Assembly (NCBI RefSeq): GCF_964355755.1
Contig: NC_092678.1
Coordinates: 3,798,422 to 3,862,421 of the forward strand
DNA length: 64,000 nt
Direction of reading: 5' to 3'
Source: Antedon mediterranea
Lineage: Eukaryota > Animalia > Echinodermata
Shown: one piece after another, positions 39,201 to 51,945 of the stretch
Numbering within the stretch: the first letter of the stretch is position 1
How the letters are laid out: the number at the start of each line of letters is the position of its first letter
Made by a program: the position numbers and the translations under genes
Notes under the pieces: model-generated
Told to the model about the DNA's origin: nothing
The model's database searches: none
The model's input: the letters and a program-made list of their open reading frames with translations, nothing else

Positions 39201-41425
39201 ACATGAAATTTATGTAGAAACCTTTCCAGAATTCTCTTTGACAATTAAAGCCACGTAGACCATAAATTTAAAGGAATTCAATTTATTTTACATAATTATA
39301 TTTTTCCATTGTATTTTAAGAAGCAATTAAGTACACATAACCTTGATTAACCTTTTTTAATTAATCTTCTTAATGACTATCTTGGGGAATAACGCTCCGG
39401 ATCTCTCATTAAACATTGCCCTAATGGTGGTAGATTTATATAAAGCATTAAATAATATATCTATGCGCTGGGATGAACTAAAAACTTTATATTTTTCAAG
39501 TCAAGAAGAATATATGAATTATTTTGAGATTATCAATTAGGGGTTTCAAAATTCCAAACAGTGGCCTCAAAATAGGTTTTTTTTTCTTTTAGAGTAAACT
39601 GTATTAATTTAACTTTATGCAAAAACACAAACTATTAAAACAGAAGAATTACTCAATTTTATTTACCCAAATAACAAATGTTGTAATTATATTTGGGTTA
39701 TTTTATAAAGACCTTTATAATTTAAGAGTGATATGTTAGAATAAAAAAAAAAGCTGCCGATAGAATAATATAGTAAACGATATCAATTTTTCATCTCAGA
39801 TTAGTGTATTGCATATATATATCTCATTTAATAAATCACAAAACGTATCGTCACCAAAATGTGTGGGGATGAAACAGGGTTGTTCTATACATTTTATAAA
39901 ATACTTTAATAACAAAACCAATTTCAAACATTTTTACAACTTCAATATTCTGCTTATCATAGAATTTTTCATTTCTAAGATTTTATTACTTTTTCAATAA
40001 ACTCTCTATTTATATTGAATTCTGTAATATATTTAAATTAAATTCTCAAAATGAGGCTGCTGTAGGAAAATTTGATTAAATTTCTGATTCAATTGCTTAG
40101 ACTATTTATAAATTTATTCTTTAAAACAGTCTTTTTTAAGAGTAATCGTGTCAATATGTTCATTCCGCGGTTGTCATGTGGATCAAAGAATTTTATACAT
40201 CTATGACGTATTCTAAAACTTAGTATCAACTAAGGAATATTCTGAATTAATTAATTAGATATTTGTGACTGGACATAAGAGACTAATCAAGGCTAACTTG
40301 TTTCATTTTTCCGTATCCTCATTATATAAATTCAATATATATTCAGTATCGTTATGGCGACCAGCATTCTCATGAATTATTCATGATTTCTATGTAAAAT
40401 AATTCATTAATTCATTAAGCCAAGATTACTTGCAGGGATGATAAAAATATGTAAGGCTTGTTGAGTTGCAGCTAAACCTAGTTAATGCAGGGTCAACCAA
40501 ATCAATGTAAATTTGCTATCTGATTTGAGTAAAGACGGTATATTATAATATCATTAGTGCTATTTTGTGGACATAATAGTCCATCTTAATAACCTAGGAG
40601 CCTTGAGAGTATTAGATTAAATTCAGATCTTACCAAATCTAGAAACAAGAATACTTACTGCCAGAGTCAAAATCAAAATATACAACAATAACCGCAAACT
40701 GCTAAAATATCGGTATGTACTCGGACTTGGGTATAAACTCTCACACTCTTAAAACAAAATAGGTTTTAAATTAAAATAATGATTGAACCTGAAGAAACAA
40801 TTTTTAGTGAAATAGTTATTCAATAGTTGCGCGCCAGAGTATAATAAAAAAAAATTTTAATTCTTATATAACACGCATTTACAATTTTGATATTATATTA
40901 TTATTATTTATACTTTATTATTTGTAAATGTAAAGATATTGGCTAAATAAATATAACTATAATAAAAATAAAAATTATTTTATTATTATTTCATGGCCAA
41001 TGATGGTAAACATAGGGAAAAATTCTAATAAAACAGCCAACACATCTAGGGGGTATATAGTTTCTAAGCAACAGACAATAATATAACCATTGTGAAAGTA
41101 TTATTATATAAAGAATGATATTAATCGATCTTGTTCATGTACTTTTTACACTTGCCATATAGAAAACATCAATGCACAAGTTTAAAGAATCAGTATTGCT
41201 TTGTTTGGTATCTATGTATTGTGTTTTTATTGGATCATTTTTAGTAGCTAAATGGATCCCCTGGTAGATGTGTGCTAAATACATACATACTCTACTGTAT
41301 AATGAATATAAATCCAAAAGCAAATTACTGAAAAAATGACAATGCTGTGGGTCTCAGTGGCTGGATACAAAATGAAATACGCAAAAAGCTAAATCGAAAC
41401 GATAAAGTAAAACAGCCAGAAAAAT

Positions 41426-41466
41426 TAGCAGAGCTTTCAGACAACACTAGCCCTTCACCCGTGCAA
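41426..41466 (-). ncRNA. Decayed minimal type I hammerhead ribozyme (Penelope-like element remnant)
   Basis: Minus strand TTGCA CGGGTGA A GGGC TAGTGTT GTCT GAAA GC TC TGCTA gives stem I, a mutated CUGANGA core, stem II, GAAA, an AGCU palindrome and a UC cleavage site. Confidence 0.5.
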
Positions 41467-42149
41467 GTAAATATACTATAATGAATATAGATCTAGAAAT
41501 AAAAAAAGATGCTGTAGTTCTAACATTTGAATGCACTACAGGCTGTTTTATGAGGAGTACCGCAATCTCCAGGTGCTTGCCGCTGAATATATAGATCTAC
41601 ACTATTAGGTTTTCTAAGATGTATAAATGGTAGAAAGAATTATCTGTGATTTCCGATATAAAGCTTCTTGCCGTCAGGCATGCACATCGAAGGATAGAAG
41701 GAAATACATATGATATTGTTGCTTCATATTAATGTGCCTTAAGATTGTCATGGGCCAGTAACTTTGTATGCAATAACATCAATAGAAGAATCCGGAGAGC
41801 TATAAATATTTGTGATAATTATGGCCAGTAGATTTGTTGGGTATTGATTTTGATGGGCGAAATCTACATGTATGTATGACTGTACGAATGAATGATAATA
41901 GGTTCGAATTAGTCGGGAAATTACTAGAAAAAAATTACTTAAAAATAATCTATAATAATCATTACATTTGGTTTGTATTATAGATTATTTTCAAGTAATT
42001 TTTTCTAGTAATTTCCTGACTAATTCAAACCTATTATCAACTATTCGTACAGTGATACAGATGTAATAAAGATGGTGGTAACGAGGTTGGTGGAAAACTC
42101 ACGATATTTGTAGTGGAAAGGTGGTAGCAACAATGATGAACAATGGATT

Positions 42150-44222
42150 TGTTGGCAACAAAAATGAGGATGATCAGGTTGATGCCAACACCGAAGATGA
42201 GAACGACGGGGCAACAAGGATGACGATGCCGGGGATGGTGGCAACAAAGATGAGGATGATCAGGTTGATGCCAACACCGAAGATGAGAACGACGAGGCAA
42301 CAAGGATGACGATGCCAGGGATGGTGGCAACAAAGATGAGGATGATCAGGTTGATGCCAACACCGAAGATGAGAACGACGAGGCAACAAGGATGACGATG
42401 CCAGGGATGGTGGCAACAAAGATGAGGATGATCAGGTTGATGCCAACACCGAAGATAAGAACGACGAGGCAACAAGGATGACGATGCCAGGGATGGTGGC
42501 AACAAAGATGAGGATGATCAGGTTGATGCCAACACCGAAGATGAGAACGACGAGGCAACAAGGATGACGATGCCAGGGATGGTGGCAACAAAGATGAGGA
42601 TGATCAGGTTGATGCCAACACCGAAGATGAGAACGACGAGGCAACAAGGATGACGATGCCAGGGATGGTGGCAACAAAGATGAGGATGATCAGGTTGATG
42701 CCAACACCGAAGATGAGAACGACGAGGCAACAAGGATGACGATGCCAGGGATGGTGGCAACAAAGATGAGGATGATCAGGTTGATGCCAACACCGAAGAT
42801 GAGAACGACGAGGCAACAAGGATGATGATGCCAGGGATGGTGGCAACAAAGATGAGGATGATCAGGTTGATGCCAACACCGAAGATGAGAACGACGAGGC
42901 AACAAGGATGACGATGCCAGGGATGGTGGCAACAAAGATGAGGATGATCAGGTTGATGCCAACACCGAAGATGAGAACGACGAGGCAACAAGGATGACGA
43001 TGCCAGGGATGGTGGCAACAAAGATGAGGATGATCAGGTTGATGCCAACACCGAAGATGAGAACGACGAGGCAACAAGGATGACGATGCCAGGGATGGTG
43101 GCAACAAAGATGAGGATGATCAGGTTGATGCCAACACCGATGATGAGAACGACGGGGCAACAAGGATGACGATGCCGGGGATGGTGCCAACAAAGATGAG
43201 GATGATCAGGTTGATGCCAACACCGATGATGAGAACGACGGGGCAACAAGGATGACGATGCCGGGGATGGTAGCAACAAAGATGAGGATGATCAGGTTGA
43301 TGCCAACACCGAAGATAAGAACGACGAGGCAACAAGGATGACGATGCCAGGGATGGTGGCAACAAAGATGAGGATGATCAGGTTGATGCCAACACCGAAG
43401 ATGAGAACGACGAGGCAACAAGGATGACGATGCCAGGGATGGTGGCAACAAAGATGAGGATGATCAGGTTGATGCCAACACCGAAGATGAGAACGACGAG
43501 GCAACAAGGATGACGATGCCAGGGATGGTGGCAACAAAGATGAGGATGATCAGGTTGATGCCAACACCGAAGATGAGAACGACGAGGCAACAAGGATGAC
43601 GATGCCAGGGATGGTGGCAACAAAGATGAGGATGATCAGGTTGATGCCAACACCGAAGATGAGAACGACGAGGCAACAAGGATGATGATGCCAGGGATGG
43701 TGGCAACAAAGATGAGGATGATCAGGTTGATGCCAACACCGAAGATGAGAACGACGAGGCAACAAGGATGACGATGCCAGGGATGGTGGCAACAAAGATG
43801 AGGATGATCAGGTTGATGCCAACACCGAAGATGAGAACGACGAGGCAACAAGGATGACGATGCCAGGGATGGTGGCAACAAAGATGAGGATGATCAGGTT
43901 GATGCCAACACCGAAGATGAGAACGACGAGGCAACAAGGATGACGATGCCAGGGATGGTGGCAACAAAGATGAGGATGATCAGGTTGATGCCAACACCGA
44001 TGATGAGAACGACGGGGCAACAAGGATGACGATGCCGGGGATGGTGCCAACAAAGATGAGGATGATCAGGTTGATGCCAACACCGATGATGAGAACGACG
44101 GGGCAACAAGGATGACGATGCCGGGGATGGTAGCAACAAAGATGAGGATGATCAGGTTGATGCCAACACCGAAGATGAGAACGATGAGGCAACAAGGATG
44201 ATGATGACAGGAATGGTGGTAA
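42150..44222. repeat. 86-bp tandem array, ~24 copies, with an 860-bp higher-order duplication
   Basis: Unit gatgccagggatggtggcaacaaagatgaggatgatcaggttgatgccaacaccgaagatgagaacgacgaggcaacaaggatgac; the track ORFs step by exactly 86 bp. Confidence 0.97.
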
Positions 44223-47200
44223 CAGTCCTAGTTGAAATAAGTCAAAAAACAATGAAGATAAACATTCTGTAAGCCTAAAACATTTTGAATATTAGCCATG
44301 ATTAATTTAAGTATTTGAAACATTTAATCCCCAGATCCTTATATATTCTCGTATATTTTGTCAATTTTGCCAATACACCATGCCAATTACATAAAGTTTG
44401 CGAGTCTTTCAAATGGAATACTACAAACACAATGTCTGCTTGCTAATTTAACGTGAAATAAATCAATATTGAAAATGAAACAAGGATCACTTGGGAACCA
44501 TAAATATATACAAATTTGTTCTCTTACATTTACATATGTTGTAATAGACAACCATCCAACCATATGGATCTACAGTAATTCAATTTGATATGTACTGTTA
44601 TAGAAATAAGGGTGATATGGCTCTCACGAGATAAGAGAATTTTATATTGAAATGGAGAAGCAATATGATGTTGGAATAGGGGTTGAATATAGATATCAAA
44701 TGTAAAACCCCATTTATAAACACAAGATTGGTATAGATACCAAAAGATCGACTGAAACATTTCTCTGTGAACAAATTATTTTAACTGAAGCGCACATTGA
44801 TTACACGGAACGGCAAGAAAAGTTAATATTATTTAAGTGTGACTTAAAAACAACCGAAAAGGTAACCAAAAAAAGATGTAAAAAGAGCCCGGTCATATAA
44901 ATCATATGGACTAAAAGAAGATATTTTACTAACATAAGCTCAACACTAATATAAATTTTAAATGATAAAACTGTGATGAAGATACAATGACAATTTGAAA
45001 CAACATCAACATAGATTACAGAAAGATTACATGAATACTTATGCATGTTTAAAGAGGTTGAAACCGTTAACAATAAACTAGGTCTCCACCAAAAAGTGCA
45101 TTCATTTTATAATTATTATTTGCCTCGTCAGATGAGTGAGAGGCAATTATTCAAATGTATGGAGATTACAAGAAATATAGGAGATCGTATATATACAAGA
45201 TAATGATTATAAAATAAATAGGCGACGAATAATTTGAATAGTTATGAAACTATAGAAACTAATTTGAAATTGTAGACAAATGTAGAATCAAAAAAGAATT
45301 AGAAATGTGAATGTAGACGTAAACATTATGAAATAATATCTATGTACTATTTTATTTTAATAAGATAATCTAATGTTAGTTTTAATATGGCACCAATGTT
45401 ATTGTCGCTACTCAGATAACAGTGAATAAAGCTGGAAAAATGGATATATGTTTTGTGTACTGTTTATAATTGCTGAATCAAAAAGGAATTTTTTAAAATA
45501 TAACACCAATATGAACTAGAATTATAGGTGATCATTTTTATCATTTTAATCAAATTAACATTTTTTAAACATGCATGTACGTTAACATACGATCGTTAAA
45601 AGTTGATGTACGCCATTCTATGACATGATGCATATACACTTATAGTGCTGAGTTCTACCTATTATGTTTCATACAATATGTACAGTATAATACTGTATAT
45701 CTATATACAGTGTAGCATAGGTGAAATTACGGGACTCATATCGTGTTCTAATTTTTTGGTATGATGGAATTTTCAAAATAAACTCGAAGATGACAATTTC
45801 GAAAGATAATGAATTGAGCAAATAAATATAAGGATTGGAATAAAATTTGACACGTAGAAGCGCAATGCGCGGTCTTTGAAATTTGTATAACTTTGAATAA
45901 AGAAATTTAAAAACTACTTTTTAACTTCAACTGGCCATATGATAACATCACAACATCCGATAGGCTTAATTTTAATATGAATTCATATCTAAATTTCATC
46001 AGCTTTCATAATAAGTTATAATCTTCAAGGTCACCTTTAATTCTGAAGAGCTATAAGATATTCAAATGTATGGTGTAGCTGAAATTACACGACCTAGGTT
46101 ATTCAAGTTTTTACGCGTGATGACATCATCAAAATAAAAATGTTGACAACTCATTAGAAGAATAATTAATTGAGCAAGCACATACTAAAAGTTGTGCGAA
46201 AATCGGGCTCAAATAACGGAGATGCGCTCTATTGAATGTGATAACCCACACAAAAAGATAAAAATTCCAAATTTTTTAATTCAAGTGGCCATTTGATGAC
46301 GTCATACCATTTTGTACGTCTAATGTGTATATACATTTGTATCTACAACTTATTGGCTTCCATAATAAGTTAAAAAAATTGGGGGTCATCTGCCATTCTG
46401 AAGAGTTATATTCATTTTAAAAAGTCCTTATTTTTTACCATTTTTAGCACTTTTGTACAATTAGTGTGCGCATTTTGTCATTTTTAACGTGCTCGTATAG
46501 CGTTATTTTAAGTCGGAATGGACTCAAAATTGGTGAATGTATTAAGGATTGTGAGTAGAATGTGATTTATACATCAAATTTTATTTTTTACGCATTTTAA
46601 GAATCGTGCGCACAAAAACGCATTTTTGCGCAGTAATTTTTTGAAACGCGCAAATGGCCTAATTTATGCTCTAAATTGATCAAAACCTAATTTTGCGCGT
46701 TTTAAATTTTTAACGCGCAATTTCACGTGCATGACCTTGAAACGCGCAACTTTTTATTTGCTAATATTTTTACCCTTGACCTGAAGTTTACCTGTAGTGA
46801 ATTTCATTAATATGTCATAATGAATTATGGAGATATGATTGATAATGTGATTTCACAAAATGGCGTATAAATGACGTCACGGATGAGTGATCACGCTGGA
46901 AAGCTCATTAGGATTAAGTTATATTATTTGAAAGATATTCTGAAATTTTGGTAATCATTGACATTAAACTTTTTGAGATAATTGTTACACAAAATAGTGT
47001 ACAGAAACAATAAAAAGACTAGACATGAAACTCGTCACTTTGACGAGTTAGTTATCCGCTCGACAAACGCCACGTGCACGTCATACGTTAGAATATTGCA
47101 CACAGAAAAATATTAAGGCATTATGACCTGAACTGAAGAATATGATATGTTGTTATTTCTGAATTCTGTTATTTTTTGTCATATAGTATACACAGTACAA

Positions 47201-48522
47201 TCTGTATACATATCACAAACAGTGTAAAATAGGTGAAATTACGGGACCCGTATTTTATTGTAATTTTAAACATCTTGACGGTTTCAAAATGAAATGCAAA
47301 AGTAGAAATTTCAGAATGAAATTATCTCAGCAACAACATATTAACATGTAGAAAAAATTGGAATACGTGAAATATTGATGCGCGCTCTTTTAAATGTAAT
47401 GAAATATAACGCAAAAGATGAAAATACGACTTTTTGTATTTAACTGGCCATATGATAACGTCACAACATTCGATTGGCAAAATTTTCACATGATTTTGTA
47501 TCTACAATACAATAGCTTCCTGAAAACGTTTTAATCGTGATTATCACATTTTATTCTTACGAGCTATAACAGATTAAAATTTACTGTAAAGATGAAATTA
47601 ATGACCAATGTAATTTAAATTTTTAGGCATGATGACGTTAAAAAAATTAAAAAATTTTTAATTCATGCAAAAGATAGTTGATTGACCTAGAATATATTAA
47701 AATCGGGGTGAAAATGGACAACGAATAAGTGGAGATGCGCTCTATTAAATGTGATGAGCTATGACGAAAGAGACAAAAATCCTATATTTTATATTCGCGT
47801 GGCCATACGATGACGTCACAATGTCCGGTTAGCCATATTAATGCATGATTCGATATCTACAACTCATCAACTTCCAGAATATGTAATTTAAAAAAAGTTC
47901 TCCATGTAGTTTAGAATCTATGACTGTTTAAAAATAGGCATAACTTTGACGAATTTTTGAACTTTTTCACCAGAAACGCGTGCAAATTATTTAATTCGAC
48001 GTGCTCGTATGACGTAATTTTAAGTCGAAATTGTTTAAAAGTTGGTAACATTACTATAAAAGGCTGAAAAAACATAAATCACGCGAAAAAAATATGTTTT
48101 TAACGCTACGTGTGTACCGCGTGCGTAAAAAGTTTCGCGCGCGTGGGAATTTTTGACATGCTCAAAATGACATGAAACGCATAGAAAGTTGATTAAAAGT
48201 TGATTTTTCGCACTCTAAAATTTTAAACGCGCTTGCGCGCGTAACTTTTTGTGAAACATGCTATTTTTAATCCATAGAAAGTTTGCGCTTGATGTGACTT
48301 AAATTTTCACAAAGTGTCAAAACAAAATTATGTTTCGTTTTTAGTCTATGATCAATCATTGAAATTCATAAAATCGCAACTCTGACGTCATTCAAAAATA
48401 GGAGGTGCACAAGTTCACGTAAATGTCGATATGTTGACAAAGTTACGATATGTTCTGTTTACACGTTTTAGAGAAACGCAACGCACAAAAATGACAGAAG
48501 GAAAGAAGTATAATACAGAAAA

Positions 48523-51500
48523 ACTAGATTTGAACTCGTCACTTTGACGAGTTCGGGTTATCCGCGCATACGCAACATGCACATACTTTAAAGTATTATG
48601 AACCTCGACAATTATTATGCCATCCTTTGACATGAAATAAATATGTTTACAGTGCTGAATTGTACCTATTTTGTAGCATACAGCATATTACAGTGTTTAC
48701 AGAATACACTGTATATACACAGTAGATTAGACGAAATTACGAGACCCATCTTTTAAATCCAATTATTAATACGATGACGTCATCAAATTGGCATATAAAG
48801 ATAACAATTTTAGAAGATAATTATCTAAATAATTACATTAATACAAATTTTAAGAATTTTGGGCACGTAAAAGTGAGATGCGCTCTCGTTTAAACGCAAT
48901 GAACTTTTACGCAAGAGATGAAAATATGACTTTTTGAATTTAACTGGCCATATGATGACATCACAACATCTGATTGGCAAAATGTTTACATGATTTCGTA
49001 TCTACAATCCAATAGCTTCCAGAAAACGTTTTAATCATGATGATCACTTTTTATTCTGACGAGCTATAACAGATTGAAATTTACTGTAAAGATGAAAATA
49101 GGTGACCCACGTTATTTACATTTTTAGACATGATGACGTCATAAAAATTAAAATATTTTTAACTCATGCGAAAGATAGTTGTTGACCTAGACAGTATTAA
49201 AATATCTTAGGAAATGGAATACGTATAAGCGATATGCCCTCTATTTAATTTAATGAGCAATTGCGAAACAGTCAAAAATCCAATATTTTACATTCGTGTG
49301 GCCATACGATGACGTCATAACATCCGAGGGGTAAAGATTCTGCATGAATTCATATCTACAACATATCTGCTTACATATTAAATTAAAAAAATTGGGGGTA
49401 ACGGTTGATCCTGAGGAGCTATAATAGATTCAAAGTAGGCATAATTTTGACAATATTTTGTCACTTTTGCAACTAAAAGGCACGCAAATTGTCTAAATCA
49501 ACGTGTTCGTATGACGTCATTTTAATTTGAAATGATGTAAATCTTTTTTAAAATGACTAAGAAAGGCTGTAAAATCATAATTCAAGAAAAAAACACATGA
49601 TTTTCATGCTCCGTGCGCACCTTACGCGTAATTATTTTCGCGCGCGTGGGAATTTTTGACATGCTAAAAATGTCATGATCAGCGTAGAAAGTTGATTAGA
49701 AATTAATTTTGCGCATTTTGAAATTTTAAATGCGCGTGCGCGCGTAACTTCTTGTGAAACATGTCATTTTTAATCAATAGAAAGTTTACCCTTGATATGA
49801 CTTAAATTTTCACCAAGTGTCAATACAAAACGAATTTTGGTTTATAATCTATGACGAATCATTGAAATTCATAAAATCGCGCGTAACTTACGCTGCGCAA
49901 CTCTAACGTCATATAACAAAGTTTCTTGCACATCTACAGCTGCAGGTCAATCTTTTGACAAAGTTATACAATCTTATGTTGACAAGGATGAGAGATATGC
50001 GACGCACAAAAATCCGGGAAAGAAAGAAGAACTAGACATGAAACTCGTCACTTTGACGAGTTAGTTATCCGCTCGACAAACGCCACGTGCACGTCATACG
50101 TTAGAATATTGCACACAGAAAAATATTAAGGCATTATGACCTGAACTGAAGAATATGATATGTTGTTATTTCTGAATTCTGTTATTTTGTGTCATATACA
50201 TAGTATACACAGTACAATCTGTAAACATATCACAAACAGTGTAAAATAGGTGAAATTACGGGACCCGTATTTTATTGTAATTTTTAACATCTTGACGGTT
50301 TCAAAATGAAATGCAAAAGTAGAAATTTCAGAATGAAATTATCTCAGCAACAACATATTAACGTGTAGAAGAAATTGGAATACGTGAAATATTGATGCGC
50401 GCTCTTTTAAATGTAATGAAATATAACGCAAAAGATGAAAATACGACTTTTTGTATTTAACTGGCCATATGATAACGTCACAACATTCGATTGGCAAAAT
50501 TTTCACATGATTTTGTATCTACTATACAATAGCTTCCTGAAAACGTTTTAATCGTGATTATCACATTTTATTCTTACGAGCTATAACAGATTAAAATTTA
50601 CTGTAAAGATGAAATTAATGACCAATGTAATTTAAATTTTTAGGCATGATGACGTTAAAAAAATTAAAAAATTTTTAATTCATGCAAAAGATAGTTGATT
50701 GACCTAGAATATATTAAAATCGGGGTGAAAATGGACAACGAATAAGTGGAGATGCGCTCTATTAAATGTGATGAGCTATGACGAAAGAGACAAAAATCCT
50801 ATATTTTATATTCGCGTGGCCATACGATGACGTCACAATGTCCAGTTAGCCATATTAATGCATGATTCGATATCTACAACTCATCAACTTCCAGAATATG
50901 TAATTAAAAAAAAGTTCTCCATGTAGTTTAGAATCTATGACTGTTTAAAAATAGGCATAATTTTGACGAATTTTTGAACTTTTTCACCAGAAACGCGTGC
51001 AAATTATTTAATTCGACGTGCTCGTATGACGTAATTTTAAGTCGAAATTGTTTAAAAGTTGGTAACATTACTATAAAAGGCTGAAAAAACATAAATCACG
51101 CGAAAAAAATATGTTTTTAACGCTACGTGTGTACCGCGTGCGTAAAAAGTTTCACGCGCGTGGGAATTTTTGACATGCTCAAAATGACATGAAACGCATA
51201 GAAAGTTGATTAGAAGTTGATTTTTCGCACTCTAAAATTTTAAACGCGCGTGCGCGCGTAACTTTTTGTGAAACATGCTATTTTTAATATATAGAAAGTT
51301 TGCGCTTGACATTAAACAAAATTATGTTTCGTTTTAAGTCACGTTGCGCAACTCTGACGTCATTCAAAAATAGGAGGTGCACAAGTTCACGTAAATGTCG
51401 ATATGTTGACAAAGTTACGATATGTTCTGTTTACAAGTTTTAGAGAAACGCGACGCACAAAAATGACAGAAGGAAAGAAGTATAATACAGAAAAAAAAAA

Positions 51501-51632
51501 AAAATATGATGAAACAGGACGATTACAAGGAGTTATCCGCTACTAAGCGGATAACTAATAACAAAGAAGATGAAAAAAAAGATATTTACAATCACAAGGG
51601 TTATCCGCAACTTCTAAGTTGCGGATAACCAA
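48523..51632 (-). mobile_element. Helentron-like element B (body 48523-50030, end 51559-51632), nested in A1
   Basis: Left aCTAG, hairpin gaactcgtca-ctt-tgacgagttc, subTIR gggttatccgc. Right palindrome ggttatccgcaact-tcta-agttgcggataacc. Diverged homologue of A. Confidence 0.85.
50031..51558 (-). mobile_element. Helentron-like element A2 (uninterrupted, innermost)
   Basis: Near-identical to A1 over ~1.5 kb with independent indels, and both termini are contiguous. It serves as the internal reference for an intact element. Confidence 0.9.
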
Positions 51633-51755
51633 AAAAAAAAATATGATGAAACAGGACGATTACAAGGAGTTATCCGCTACTAAGCGGATAACTAAAAAAT
51701 AAAGATTTGATACAATAACAATAGGTGATCATTATATTCTAAATGATCACCTAAT

Positions 51756-51945
51756 AATAATAATACTAATAATTGTTCTTATATAGCGCTTATTGCACAA
51801 TACTAAATGCTTCACATTATTACTTTGGTTCAAACATGTATGGAACCATACTCCCATAATGCAGCTAGTATGCAGCGCAAAGTCTTGCTAAAGGATACAA
51901 GCCATGCGGCGGGAGTTGGATTCCAACTCGCAATCTAACGATATA
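51756..51945 (-). mobile_element. Degenerate SINE (TTA-repeat tail, tRNA-like head remnant)
   Basis: (taa)n tail plus cttatatagcgc at the left. cttgctaaaggataca and ggattccaactcg at the right resemble the reverse complement of a SINE core and B box. Confidence 0.35.

Larger units (their letters stand above)
47018..51695 (-). mobile_element. Helentron-like element A1 (body 47018-48522, end 51633-51695), nested in D
   Basis: Left aCTAG, hairpin aactcgtca-ctt-tgacgagtt, subTIR agttatccgc. The displaced right end is tatgatgaaacaggacgattacaagg-agttatccgc-tactaa-gcggataact. Confidence 0.85.
45515..51755 (-). mobile_element. Helentron-like non-autonomous element D (outermost; body 45515-47017, end 51696-51755)
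   Basis: Left aCTAG...taggtgatcat; right palindrome taggtgatcat-tatattctaa-atgatcaccta. The body is homologous to elements A and B (gtgaaattacgggac, aactggccatatgataac, ggagatgcgctctatt). Confidence 0.75.

Noticed and set aside
42037-44252. About 25 overlapping 81-aa minus-strand ORFs
   Set aside because: They are artefacts of the 86-bp repeat cycling through reading frames, with no splice or promoter support.
45120-45147. Hairpin containing CTGACGA on the minus strand (hammerhead core?)
   Set aside because: No stem II/GAAA/cleavage triplet follows.
47018-51558. Simple tandem or segmental duplication, or LTR pair, as explanation for A1/A2 identity
   Set aside because: Termini close in reverse order, A1 is split in its A-tract, A1 and A2 have reciprocal indels near 48290-48380 and 51305-51350, and there are no TG..CA ends or internal ORFs.
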